DNA of 64,000 nt, from positions 8,062-72,061 of IMG/VR virus record IMGVR_UViG_3300043425_000676. One strand, 5' to 3'. Of the stretch, positions 28,529 through 37,240 are shown one piece after another. This stretch comes from a virus. The translations under genes were made by a program, and so were the position numbers. Below the pieces are notes generated by a model. The model made no database searches, was not told the origin of the DNA, and was given only the letters and a program-made list of their open reading frames with translations. Positions within the stretch are counted from its first letter, which is position 1, and each line of letters begins with the position of its first letter.

Positions 28529-28729
28529 TTACGGAGTCTTTAGAATGCGATCTTGAAAATCAAAAGCCATCTTCAACAACTCTCGATTGCCGTTTTTTGC
28601 AGCGACAGCGATGACGCTTTGAGCGAAATCTAGTGCATCGGAAAACGCAATACGCTTCATGTCCGACTTCATTTTGCTGGCAAGACGATCAACTAGACCG
28701 CTGTCTATTTCCGACTCGTCAACAAACAA
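28529..28729 (-). CDS. Hypothetical protein
   Basis: 66 aa, GAGG upstream. Confidence 0.45.
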   Translation of the reverse strand: MFVDESEIDSGLVDRLASKMKSDMKRIAFSDALDFAQSVIAVAAKNGNRELLKMAFDFQDRILKTP

Positions 28730-28912
28730 CCTACCTCAGAAACGAACGGCAATTTCCAGTTCGCGAGCGCAACTCAACCGTTCTGGAGCGGTCAAATTTG
28801 ATTCGCACTCAATGGTTAAGCACATGGGAAGAGTAGTCTTTGAAGCCATCTTTCCAGTCGTCGAAAAACTCAAATTGTCAATCGCATCAATAAAACTTTG
28901 ACTGCTCATAGC

Positions 28913-29197
28913 TTAGCAGTCCTCGTAAAATGGGTTTGCGTTAATGTAGGCAAGCACTTTAGCAGCGTGCTCATCGCCTTCGTTGTCCGAAATCGTTTCG
29001 TCCTCGTAGACGTAGCTGCTTCGGTCGCCAAAGCATGACTGAACAATAGTTGCCTTGCTGTGAGTGTCCTCTTGTCCATTCTTGCGAGTTTCTTCAATGT
29101 CGATCGACTCCTTGCCGAGAGTCCAATCCGTGATTGCGTATTGAATTTCATCTACCTCGAACAAATAGACAGTGTGCGCTTGATATGCTTTACTCAT
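28913..29197 (-). CDS. Acidic hypothetical protein
   Basis: 94 aa, ATGA coupled, GGAGAGG RBS. Confidence 0.6.
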   Translation of the reverse strand: MSKAYQAHTVYLFEVDEIQYAITDWTLGKESIDIEETRKNGQEDTHSKATIVQSCFGDRSSYVYEDETISDNEGDEHAAKVLAYINANPFYEDC

Positions 29198-29556
29198 AGT
29201 CCCTCTCCTTCCTCGACTTCTCGATCAATTTGAATCAACGCAAAACGAGCCTCTTGATTGCAACCGTCAGCATCTTCCTTGGTAGGCCAAGCAACCATTC
29301 CACCGTCTTCAAAGACGTTTACCCATCGTTCCACCTTGATCTTCTTTTTTGGTGGAGGTGCTAGGTTTAGAGGACATCCAGTTGCCGAATACATTCGACG
29401 CCCGGTATCGTCCCAACCTGCGCACTCCCATTGCCCCAAAAATTTCATCCTCCCTGTATATCGGAACGCCTCCTGCCCCTCGTTGATCGCGTCGATAAAC
29501 GCATCGTCGCCATTGGCCAGCTTTACCGGCCCTATCTGCCATTTGTGATTGCTCAT
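29194..29556 (-). CDS. Hypothetical protein
   Basis: ACAGGAGA RBS before MSNHKW; 'ERWVNVF' motif. Confidence 0.65.
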   Translation of the reverse strand: MSNHKWQIGPVKLANGDDAFIDAINEGQEAFRYTGRMKFLGQWECAGWDDTGRRMYSATGCPLNLAPPPKKKIKVERWVNVFEDGGMVAWPTKEDADGCNQEARFALIQIDREVEEGEGL

Positions 29557-29814
29557 CGCAACTCTCCTGTGAAAAACCCGCAACGGTGCAAGGTTGGTAG
29601 CCGTTTGCCACAAGTGGCGAAAGATGCACCGCGCGGGATTGTTCGTTTGCGTCAGGCTACCAACCAGACAACAGCATCATAGCAGCATTGCCCCGTGAAG
29701 GCAATGGCTAAGCTAAGCCAAAAAGTGGTTTTGCAAAACCATTGTAAGACCACGAGGGTGGTAACGTTTCCACCGACCGGCAGTACACAAGCATTTATGA
29801 TGCCCAGGAATCGC

Positions 29815-30099
29815 CTACCAAGCCATCGCCTCAAGGATAATCTGACGAATCTTCTTTAGAGTGATCCGAAACATTGCAGACCGAAGCTCTTCCAAATTTG
29901 CGCATTGCCAAGTGCTTAGTGAATACAAAGCCTTGACCGCCCGATTTGCATCCTCGGCACGACCAAACGTCATCTCTGACCAAACACTCTCAACGCCATC
30001 GCACAACCATGCAACACGCCATCCAGGAGAGTCAACTGGCGGAGTTCGCCTGGATTCCGCCAGATCCCAAGTAGCTACCCATCGACCAACTTCCGACAT
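29815..30099 (-). CDS. Hypothetical protein
   Basis: 94 aa, GGAGG RBS. Confidence 0.6.
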   Translation of the reverse strand: MSEVGRWVATWDLAESRRTPPVDSPGWRVAWLCDGVESVWSEMTFGRAEDANRAVKALYSLSTWQCANLEELRSAMFRITLKKIRQIILEAMAW

Positions 30100-30145
30100 A
30101 ATGCAAACCTCCGCTTAGCAACCTACCACTATTGCCCATCAATAG

Positions 30146-31516
30146 CTATTCAAACTGAAGCATATCGCTGCTTTTGCCGACTGCCGCATCGATTCGCGCA
30201 CGAGCAAGCTCGATGTATTCGGCTTCGCGTTCAATTCCGACGAACCGAAAACCTTCAAGAATAGCTGCCTTGCCTGTGGATCCTGAGCCGGTGAACGGAT
30301 CGAGAACAAGTCCGTTTGGCGGCGTGACAAGTCGGCAAAGGTAACGCATCAGGTCGGTCGGCTTGACCGTGGGGTGGACGTTCTTGCGATTCGTGACAAA
30401 TCTGCTAGTTACGTCATTTCCTGTATCCCACTCTGCGTTTTCGGGATTGCGCCTGCCGGACATAGACGACGATGCTTTCGAGTTAAAAGCATCCAAGCCT
30501 TCATCTCGGTCTTTCTTGCTTGCCTTCGCGCAATAGAAGAATCTGGCTGCGCTGCCGGAATCGCCTTCATGGAATCTTGGTGTGCCAAGCGTATTTGCCG
30601 CGCTGCCATAGATTTTGTTTTCCGTTCTTGGTTGGCCCGTAAGGCTTCCGCTTGTCGTCTCAGGAAACAACGCCAGCACCTCATCACTTCCATCGTGGAT
30701 GAAGTTTGCAGGGAAACGGCCCAATTGCTCAGCCTTAGCAACCGCTTCATTGCCGCGAGCCTTGCAAGCCTCGATCGCTTCGCTGTCGTGTTTCCAAGGC
30801 CTGTCCCACCCCTCTGTGGTTGTGCTGATCCTGCCGCCGCCTAGCTTGTCCCCGTTCGCCTCCACCCTACACCCATCGATATTCAACCCGCCCGTTCCGT
30901 GGGCTAGCACATTCGCGGCGACTGTTGTGGGAAAAGGCTTACGAGCCAATATGATTGGCTCGTAAGCTGGTTTGAGTGCAGTTCCCCAACCTTGCCATTG
31001 TGTAGCTGCTTCGGTTGTCGGGATTGTTGTGTAAGCGTTCCTGCCGGATTCATCACCCCAAGTGCCACCACCGTCTCGTTTACCATCTTCAAGGCGTAGT
31101 AGGCGATCACCCCCTCGTTTGAGTGGGCCGACCTGCCGTTCCGCCCCAGCGGCCTTGTCAATCGCCTTGCTCACATCCAGCGATTTCGGAAAACCCGAGC
31201 CATATACCCACATGAGGCAGTCTCTAATCTCCCAACCAGCATCCTCAATGGCGCAGGCGAGTCGGTGGTACGTCCTCGTACCACCGAACGCCAGAAGATG
31301 CGCGCCCGGCTTTGCGACCCGCAAAGCCGCTTCCCAAAACGGCATCCCAGGTACGCCGTGATCCCACTGTTTGCCCATAAAGGCCAACCCATAGGGCGGG
31401 TCGGTCACGATTGCGTCAACCGAACAGTCCGCAAAAGTTTTGAGTACGTCTAGGCAATCGCCATGGTGCAATGTGTAGCAATTCATCAAAATGTCCCGTG
31501 TAATTGCGCTACTCAA
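30146..31516 (-). CDS. Beta-class DNA methyltransferase (probably N6-adenine)
   Basis: VTDPPY catalytic motif, HPTVKP, LDPFTGSGSTG SAM motif. Confidence 0.95.
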   Translation of the reverse strand: MSSAITRDILMNCYTLHHGDCLDVLKTFADCSVDAIVTDPPYGLAFMGKQWDHGVPGMPFWEAALRVAKPGAHLLAFGGTRTYHRLACAIEDAGWEIRDCLMWVYGSGFPKSLDVSKAIDKAAGAERQVGPLKRGGDRLLRLEDGKRDGGGTWGDESGRNAYTTIPTTEAATQWQGWGTALKPAYEPIILARKPFPTTVAANVLAHGTGGLNIDGCRVEANGDKLGGGRISTTTEGWDRPWKHDSEAIEACKARGNEAVAKAEQLGRFPANFIHDGSDEVLALFPETTSGSLTGQPRTENKIYGSAANTLGTPRFHEGDSGSAARFFYCAKASKKDRDEGLDAFNSKASSSMSGRRNPENAEWDTGNDVTSRFVTNRKNVHPTVKPTDLMRYLCRLVTPPNGLVLDPFTGSGSTGKAAILEGFRFVGIEREAEYIELARARIDAAVGKSSDMLQFE

Positions 31517-32681
31517 AAAGAACGTTTTGTTTCAATTTATCAGCTTTTTGTACCGCCGAATCAATTCGATCGACAGCCAGCTTGATGTACTCTGGATTCA
31601 ACTCAATGCCGACGTATTTTCTGCCATTCAAGATTGAAACCTCGCCCGTGGTTCCGCTTCCGTTAAACGGATCGAGAATAACACCACCTTTGCGGGAGCC
31701 AGCAAGGACGCAAGGCTCAATTAGCGCAGGAGGAAATGTGGCAAAGTGAGCGCCTTTGTACGGTTTTGTGGTGACAGTCCAAACGGAGCGTTTGTTTCTG
31801 CCTTTTTCTAGGTCTACCGTCATGTCCCCAAAGTCGTTGTCGTAATTATGACCCTGCATACTTTCTTTGCTTCCTCCGCCGTTTTGAGCTCTTTTCCATC
31901 GGTATTTAGCTCGCTCGTGCGTTGCTTTGCTGCATGGCTCTTTGATCGCCTCATTGTCGAAGTAGTACCTTGCCGACTTGCTCAGCAAAAAAACGTACTC
32001 GTGAGATTTGGTACAGCGATCGGTGACGCTTTCAGGCATTGGGTTGGGTTTGTGCCAGATGATGTCTTGGCGTAGATACCAACCATCGGCTTGCAAGGCA
32101 AAAGCAACGCGCCAAGGGATGCCAATGAGGTCTTTGGTTTTTAGCCCAACAGGAGTGCCGATCCGAGGAACGCTATTCTGAGCCTCGGGGTTGTTTGCGC
32201 CAACACCAGGGTTTGTGGATTGCTGGCGATCCGCTTTTGTGCCAGTGGCATAACTATCCCCAAGATTCAGCCACAGCGTCCCGTCGTCTCTAAGCACCCT
32301 CCGGACTTCACGAAACACCGAAACCAATTTAGCTACATAGGCATCCGGTGTCGGCTCTAAACCAATTTGACTATCAACCCTGATAGCACCGCACTTGCCG
32401 CACTTATCCTTGTACGGAATCCACAAAGCGTCTTTGTCCAGTCTGCCCTCAGAAGTTCGACTCCCACCATCGCAAGCGTTTGCAGCCTCAGCAAGATTGC
32501 GCCGTTGACGAATCTCTTTTTCTCGATGATCGCAACCAGGGTCGCCACCCTCCCACTTTGCCGTCCCGTAATCGCGCAAGCCGAAATACGGAGGCGACGT
32601 TACGCAACAATCAACCGCCCCTTGCTCCATCGATCGAAGCACAGACAAACAATCACCGCAATGCAATGTGTAAGGTTTCAT
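31509..32681 (-). CDS. Beta-class DNA methyltransferase (probably N4-cytosine)
   Basis: VTSPPY, IIWHKPNPMPESV.DR, HFATFP, LDPFNGSGTTG. Confidence 0.95.
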   Translation of the reverse strand: MKPYTLHCGDCLSVLRSMEQGAVDCCVTSPPYFGLRDYGTAKWEGGDPGCDHREKEIRQRRNLAEAANACDGGSRTSEGRLDKDALWIPYKDKCGKCGAIRVDSQIGLEPTPDAYVAKLVSVFREVRRVLRDDGTLWLNLGDSYATGTKADRQQSTNPGVGANNPEAQNSVPRIGTPVGLKTKDLIGIPWRVAFALQADGWYLRQDIIWHKPNPMPESVTDRCTKSHEYVFLLSKSARYYFDNEAIKEPCSKATHERAKYRWKRAQNGGGSKESMQGHNYDNDFGDMTVDLEKGRNKRSVWTVTTKPYKGAHFATFPPALIEPCVLAGSRKGGVILDPFNGSGTTGEVSILNGRKYVGIELNPEYIKLAVDRIDSAVQKADKLKQNVLFE

Positions 32682-32997
32682 GCCAACAACCTACCATCAT
32701 TGCCCCGATAACGCAAGTCAAAAATTGGAAGGGAAGCGAGGGGGTATACCGTGCCACGGCCCCGCGACGGGGCGGGGTCTGGATCGTTTTCCGGTGCGGT
32801 GCGGGTGTTCGTCGTCCGCGTCGGTTCCTTCGTCCGTCTCGCGTCGTCGTCCATCGCGCCACGTTTCAAGCTCGCGAAGCGTGACAAATAGGCTCATAGA
32901 CTCGCGAAGCTCAGAAACATTAAGAAAACACCACAAAAAACACCGCGTCAGACCATGCCACGTGGTCTATACCCGTGGCGACCTGCCGAATTGGCAC

Positions 32998-33693
32998 TTA
33001 CCGCATCTCGGCAAGCAATCCGCGGATCTCATCGATTGCCATCCGTTCGCGGCGGATCGTCTCTCGCTCGTCTTCCACCGAGGCGGAAGCCTTCGCAGCC
33101 ACATCAACGAATTTGCTGTATGCGCGGATCGAGGTTTCCAGCCAGCCAAGCGCTGACCAACTCGGTGCCGGCTGAAGCGCTCTGGACAGGTCTACGATTG
33201 TGAGCCCATCGACCGTCCTCGTGACGCTGAGTCTATTTGCTTGCACCCATTGGATTTCATGCGCAAGGCTGCTATTCGCGGGCAGTGTGGGCCAGTCCGC
33301 CGGGATCGCGTCGAGACCGACCACTCCGGCGTCCTGATTGCGCGCCCGCGCCTGCGACTCGTCAACCGATTGGACAGGCTCGGCGTGGTGCTCGCCGCTA
33401 ACGGCTTCGCCCCCCACCTGACTTTCCCGTTGTTCTTCCATCGGCGGTTGTGCCGCTGCGATTGCTCGCTTTGCTTCGTCAATCTCCGCTTGCGTCAATG
33501 GTGGGTAGAGCGTTTCCAGTTGGCGGTACGTCGTCTCTTGCGCCTCGTGCTTACTCAGCCCGATGCTTCGAGCCTCCTTCATCAGCCTATCGCGGTCGGT
33601 CATGGCTTGCAGCCATCGCCCTTCCGCTCGCAGTCGCGTCACCACTCGTGACTTCATCGCATCGAGGTCGCTTCCGCTGTCGTTTTCCGCCAT
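32998..33693 (-). CDS. Hypothetical helical protein (candidate terminase small subunit)
   Basis: 231 aa, first gene of the leftward unit; function inferred from context only. Confidence 0.5.
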   Translation of the reverse strand: MAENDSGSDLDAMKSRVVTRLRAEGRWLQAMTDRDRLMKEARSIGLSKHEAQETTYRQLETLYPPLTQAEIDEAKRAIAAAQPPMEEQRESQVGGEAVSGEHHAEPVQSVDESQARARNQDAGVVGLDAIPADWPTLPANSSLAHEIQWVQANRLSVTRTVDGLTIVDLSRALQPAPSWSALGWLETSIRAYSKFVDVAAKASASVEDERETIRRERMAIDEIRGLLAEMR

Positions 33694-33950
33694 CGTTCGC
33701 TCGTTTCTGTGTCTGGTCAGCGCACAAGGATCCCGGGGTAACCGCTGGTTATTTATCGACGCCGCAACCGAGTCTCCCGACTCCCGAACAACACCATCCA
33801 GTGTAGCCCCTCGCGTCTAGCCAGCAGTGTAGGCGTCAGCCTGCTCACTGGCGGATTGGTCTAGCTCCGGCTAGTCCACTCGGCAACGTCTCGGCCTGTG
33901 CTTCCGCCTTGGGCGCTCGGTGACGCTGCATACCGATCAATCTGCCCACC

Positions 33951-33979
33951 ACCTTACCGACCGATCTGGCCACCGTCAA
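33951..33979 (-). promoter_or_regulatory. Leftward sigma70-like promoter
   Basis: TTGACG-N17-TAAGGT at the strand-switch point. Confidence 0.55.
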
Positions 33980-34018
33980 GAAATTCCAAAATATTTTGCT
34001 ATTTGGGGTTGATTCTAC

Positions 34019-34047
34019 TTGTCGATATGCTCTCCATGGAGTAGAGT
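34019..34047 (+). promoter_or_regulatory. Rightward early sigma70-like promoter
   Basis: TTGTCG-N17-TAGAGT with AT-rich upstream tract, ahead of the first plus-strand gene. Confidence 0.5.
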
Positions 34048-34109
34048 ACCCATGGGGGCATCGTGCCCCGCAGTAGTGAGACACTGTTTTTTCTAGGAGA
34101 TTTCTGATT

Positions 34110-34541
34110 ATGGCGAATTTTGATTCCGATCCGCGTGATTTTGCTCTGGAAATGGTCGAAAACGAGGTAGTTTCGGCAGACCATTTATTGCTTTGCTGCC
34201 TCAAGTACATGAGCGCCGACGAACTTTCACCGCGTTTTGCTTGCGACGAGCCAGACCTTTGCATTGATTGCGGCGGTTCTCACATTGAGGAGGGCACCTG
34301 CCTGGGTTGCCAGCTCGCCGAGTGGCTAGACACCTTCGATGATTCAGAATACGACGTTTCCGCCATGCGTGACGATGTTTCTACCAACAATCTCGAAGTG
34401 GGAGACGATGACGCGGCGGAAAAATACCGCCATGAAAACATCGTTCGCGAGTCGATTGTCAATGGCAACTACACCCAAGCCAAAGAGCAGTGCCAACGCT
34501 TCGGGCTCGACTACGAGGCGATCCTAAGCGAATGCAACTAG
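34110..34541 (+). CDS. Acidic early protein
   Basis: TAGGAGA RBS; D/E-rich with CxxC...CxxC. Confidence 0.75.
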   Translation: MANFDSDPRDFALEMVENEVVSADHLLLCCLKYMSADELSPRFACDEPDLCIDCGGSHIEEGTCLGCQLAEWLDTFDDSEYDVSAMRDDVSTNNLEVGDDDAAEKYRHENIVRESIVNGNYTQAKEQCQRFGLDYEAILSECN

Positions 34542-34588
34542 ACTCGGGGGGGTTAGGCCGAGTGCGGAGGGGTTCGCCCCTCGTCCCC
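34542..34588 (+). ncRNA. Pistol-like ribozyme lacking P1, copy 1
   Basis: ACTCGG-GGGGG-TTAGG-CCGAGT-GCG-[GAGGGG TTCG CCCCTC]-GT-CCCC. Confidence 0.65.
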
Positions 34589-34632
34589 GCTGTCGCGTGA
34601 CAGCAAGCAACAACGAAACAGGAGAAACGACG

Positions 34633-34851
34633 ATGCCAAAGACCATCGACCAAACCAATCCAATCGAGCGCAATATCCGCGAAGCAATCGCCAGGATGAA
34701 GCGATCTAAGACTACTGGCGCCTCCATGGATTGCCTTTTCTTGAACACTCGTACTGCTGGCGTGACCGTGCCGGTCGGCATGTACCGTGCCGAGTTTGAG
34801 AAGCTCGCCCATCGCGTGGCAAGGGATCTGGCGTTCGATCTTTACTGCTAG
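34633..34851 (+). CDS. Small early protein
   Basis: ACAGGAGA RBS, start MPKTID. Confidence 0.7.
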   Translation: MPKTIDQTNPIERNIREAIARMKRSKTTGASMDCLFLNTRTAGVTVPVGMYRAEFEKLAHRVARDLAFDLYC

Positions 34852-34892
34852 CAGGGGTTAGGGCTAGTGCGGCGCCTTCGGGCGCGTCCCCT
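34847..34892 (+). ncRNA. Pistol-like ribozyme lacking P1, copy 2
   Basis: GCTAGC-AGGGG-TTAGG-GCTAGT-GCG-[GCGCC TTCG GGCGC]-GT-CCCCT. Confidence 0.65.
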
Positions 34893-34958
34893 CGTCGACA
34901 CTGTGTCGGCGGATCACCGCAGGCGTGAGACCCTGCCAAGCTTTCAGGAGAATTGACC

Positions 34959-35417
34959 GTGAAGACTGTATTTGAGACAAGATTTGCCAAAGTCGGCGAG
35001 ACAGAGGAACACTACGGCGGAGTACGTTCAGCCCGAGTCGGCGGAGTCGATGACGCGAAGGAATTTGCGAGAAAGCACCTCGTACCGTATTTTGCCGACA
35101 AATGCGATGCAGAGGAATTTTTGATTGTCACCCTAGATACCCAACACCGCCCAATTCGGATTGTCCGCGTTACTCGCGGGACGGTGAACGCAAGCCTAGT
35201 CCACCCCCGAGAAGTGTTCCGTCCAGCTATTGCCGACTGTGCGGCTGCGATGTTTCTGGTTCACAATCACCCATCTGGCGATCCGACCCCTAGTCAAGAA
35301 GATCGAGCGGTTACACGGCGTCTCAAGGACGCTGCCGCGATCATTGGTATATCGATCCTAGATCACCTGATCGTCGGAGACACCATCGTCTCACTGGCTG
35401 AATACGGCTGGTTTTAG
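34959..35417 (+). CDS. radC: RadC-like JAB/MPN domain protein
   Basis: GTVNASLVHPREVF, HNHPSGDPTPSQED, LDHLIVG; CAGGAGA RBS. Confidence 0.92.
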   Translation: MKTVFETRFAKVGETEEHYGGVRSARVGGVDDAKEFARKHLVPYFADKCDAEEFLIVTLDTQHRPIRIVRVTRGTVNASLVHPREVFRPAIADCAAAMFLVHNHPSGDPTPSQEDRAVTRRLKDAAAIIGISILDHLIVGDTIVSLAEYGWF

Positions 35418-35419
35418 TC

Positions 35420-35525
35420 CCTGTTCTCCCGCAAGTCTCGGCACACTTGCGGCAAAGTCTCACGAGTGCCGACGCGGTTGGCCGATGCGATATTCGGCTG
35501 TTTTTTCCACCAACACGAGAACAGG
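35420..35525 (+). promoter_or_regulatory. Structured intergenic RNA with pseudoknot and RBS-sequestering stem
   Basis: CCGCAAGT/ACTTGCGG stem whose loop TCGGCAC pairs with GTGCCGA; CCTGTTCTC pairs with GAGAACAGG over the SD. Confidence 0.55.
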
Positions 35526-35536
35526 AGACTCGAAAA

Positions 35537-36160
35537 ATGCTCAAAGTTACACCAGCAGGCGATAACGCCAAGCTAGGCTCAGGAGTCGGAACAACCTACC
35601 GCCCAGTGGGAATTACATGCCCAAACACCTGCCCGCTATTGGGTAACGGTTGCTACGCCCAACGCGGAAACGTCGCAATCCACGCGGCTAGATCGAAGAA
35701 CGATAATCACGATTTGATGAAGCTCGCGGCAAACACGCTGGTTCGCCACCTAGTCTCGGGCGATTGGCTCAAGGCTACCAAGAACGGGCGCAAGATCCTT
35801 GACCGCGTATTTGTTCGCGCTGTTATCGCCCTACACCAAAAGTGCCCCTGGCTCACGGGATGGGGATACACTCACGCGGCGACCGCATGGCAGGCAGCAG
35901 GCATCACGCCGGCAGACCTGCCCAGTAATTTACACATCCTCGCATCATGCGACACGGCAGAGCAGAAAGCCACCCACAACGCCAACGGATGGAGGACAGC
36001 CCGAGTTATCGACGAACTGGCAGATAGGCAACCCGACGAGTTTGTGTGCCCAGTGGATGCAGCCAAGCGGAAGGGCATTCCAGCGGATCGCAGAACCAAT
36101 TGCGCAAGATGCAAGGCTTGTTTTGCCACCGATCGTAACATTGCTTTTTTGAAGTTTTAA
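35537..36160 (+). CDS. Gp88-like Cys-rich phage protein
   Basis: 'NAKLG', 'TCP..C......CYA..G', 'RHLVSGD', 'WGYTH', 'CP...C.RC..C' pattern. Confidence 0.7.
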   Translation: MLKVTPAGDNAKLGSGVGTTYRPVGITCPNTCPLLGNGCYAQRGNVAIHAARSKNDNHDLMKLAANTLVRHLVSGDWLKATKNGRKILDRVFVRAVIALHQKCPWLTGWGYTHAATAWQAAGITPADLPSNLHILASCDTAEQKATHNANGWRTARVIDELADRQPDEFVCPVDAAKRKGIPADRRTNCARCKACFATDRNIAFLKF

Positions 36161-36177
36161 CCAAGGAGATTCTGACA

Positions 36178-36597
36178 ATGGAAATTAACCTAGAACAAAG
36201 ACTGTACGTCATTCCATCCGGCAAGGGCTACTCGTGCTTGGGGTTTGACGTATGCGAACAGCGCAGAGTGTCTTATATGCAATGGCTTGGACTGCCCGTA
36301 CAACCCGTAGAAATTGGCACGCATCACGCTTATGCGGAATACCAACGCGCCTTGGAACTGGTGCGAATACGGTGTAACTCTCCCGGTGTTAGATGCACAG
36401 TCGAATTGGTACCTGAGTTAGTGCGGTACGAACGTCGTCGAGTCGAGGTTACTTACCCCGATGGCACGAAGACCCGCTTTATTGTTGGGGTGTCGACTGG
36501 ATTTATTCCAGTTCATCTTGAAATCAAGACGCGACGATCTACCGGCGGAAGTCAAGCGTACTTCCCGCCTGGATCAACAGTACGGCTGGTGGGTTAA
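36178..36597 (+). CDS. Early hypothetical protein
   Basis: AAGGAGA RBS; 'RRVEV...RFIVGVSTGFIPVHLEI..RRSTGG'. Confidence 0.8.
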   Translation: MEINLEQRLYVIPSGKGYSCLGFDVCEQRRVSYMQWLGLPVQPVEIGTHHAYAEYQRALELVRIRCNSPGVRCTVELVPELVRYERRRVEVTYPDGTKTRFIVGVSTGFIPVHLEIKTRRSTGGSQAYFPPGSTVRLVG

Positions 36598-36602
36598 AGC
36601 AA

Positions 36603-36661
36603 GACGTTTCGCGCACGAGACCACTGGCTTGCTAGTGGTCGACTGCCTGCAGCGTCGCAGG
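36603..36661 (+). ncRNA. Unassigned pseudoknot RNA motif, copy 1
   Basis: GACGTT pairs with loop AGCGTC of hairpin CTGC/GCAG; GCA-CGAG-[stem]-CGAC-TGC. Confidence 0.6.
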
Positions 36662-36692
36662 GTATTCAAGGCTTTTAATGGAGATTTGTGTT

Positions 36693-36872
36693 ATGAAGGT
36701 GACAATCGAAAACAATGAGTTGGTTATTTGCATACCCGTTGAGAACCCTCCACGACCAAGTGCAAGCGGTAAGACCCTCATCGTAGCCACGAGCAGCGGA
36801 AATCAAACCACGGACGCAATTGTCAATGGTCAATCTGTGGTGGTCGGACTGAACGCATACATTAAGAGGTAA
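36693..36872 (+). CDS. 59-aa early protein, paralog A
   Basis: MKVTIENNELVI.IPVENPPRPSASGKTLIVATSSGN...VGLNAYI; GGAGA RBS. Confidence 0.8.
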   Translation: MKVTIENNELVICIPVENPPRPSASGKTLIVATSSGNQTTDAIVNGQSVVVGLNAYIKR

Positions 36873-36874
36873 GC

Positions 36875-37156
36875 ATGAAATACTTCATTGAGCGAACTAT
36901 TGGTGCTCATTCCGACACACTCGAAAAGCTCTGGGAAGGTAATGATTTACCTTTGTTCAGCCGCAATGGACATCCGTATTGCTTCAGTTGCTACAGAGAA
37001 GCTCAAAGAGTGCTCTGGAGACTTCAAGCACGATACCCCGTAACGATCGATACTCCTAGATCACCATCTGTGCCAATTGATTATTCCTTGGAAAGCATAG
37101 ACACATCGGCAGCTCAAGAGTACAGACCGCAACAACACTTAGGCATGTTTGTTTAA
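36875..37156 (+). CDS. Early hypothetical protein
   Basis: 93 aa, GAGG RBS. Confidence 0.6.
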   Translation: MKYFIERTIGAHSDTLEKLWEGNDLPLFSRNGHPYCFSCYREAQRVLWRLQARYPVTIDTPRSPSVPIDYSLESIDTSAAQEYRPQQHLGMFV

Positions 37157-37213
37157 GACGTTTTGCGCCTGAGGGGGCTCGCCCGAACCCCTAACGGCCT
37201 GCAACGTCGCAGG
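37157..37213 (+). ncRNA. Unassigned pseudoknot RNA motif, copy 2
   Basis: GACGTT pairs with loop AACGTC of hairpin CTGC/GCAG; GCC-TGAG-[stem]-TAAC-GGC. Confidence 0.6.
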
Positions 37214-37240
37214 AACACAACACAACAGGAGAACAGAACG

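Noticed and set aside
36603-37213. Assigning the GAG/TAA pseudoknot motif to twister or HDV-like ribozymes
   Set aside because: Lacks the twister L4 loop and second pseudoknot, and does not follow the HDV P1-P2-P3-P1.1-P4 order
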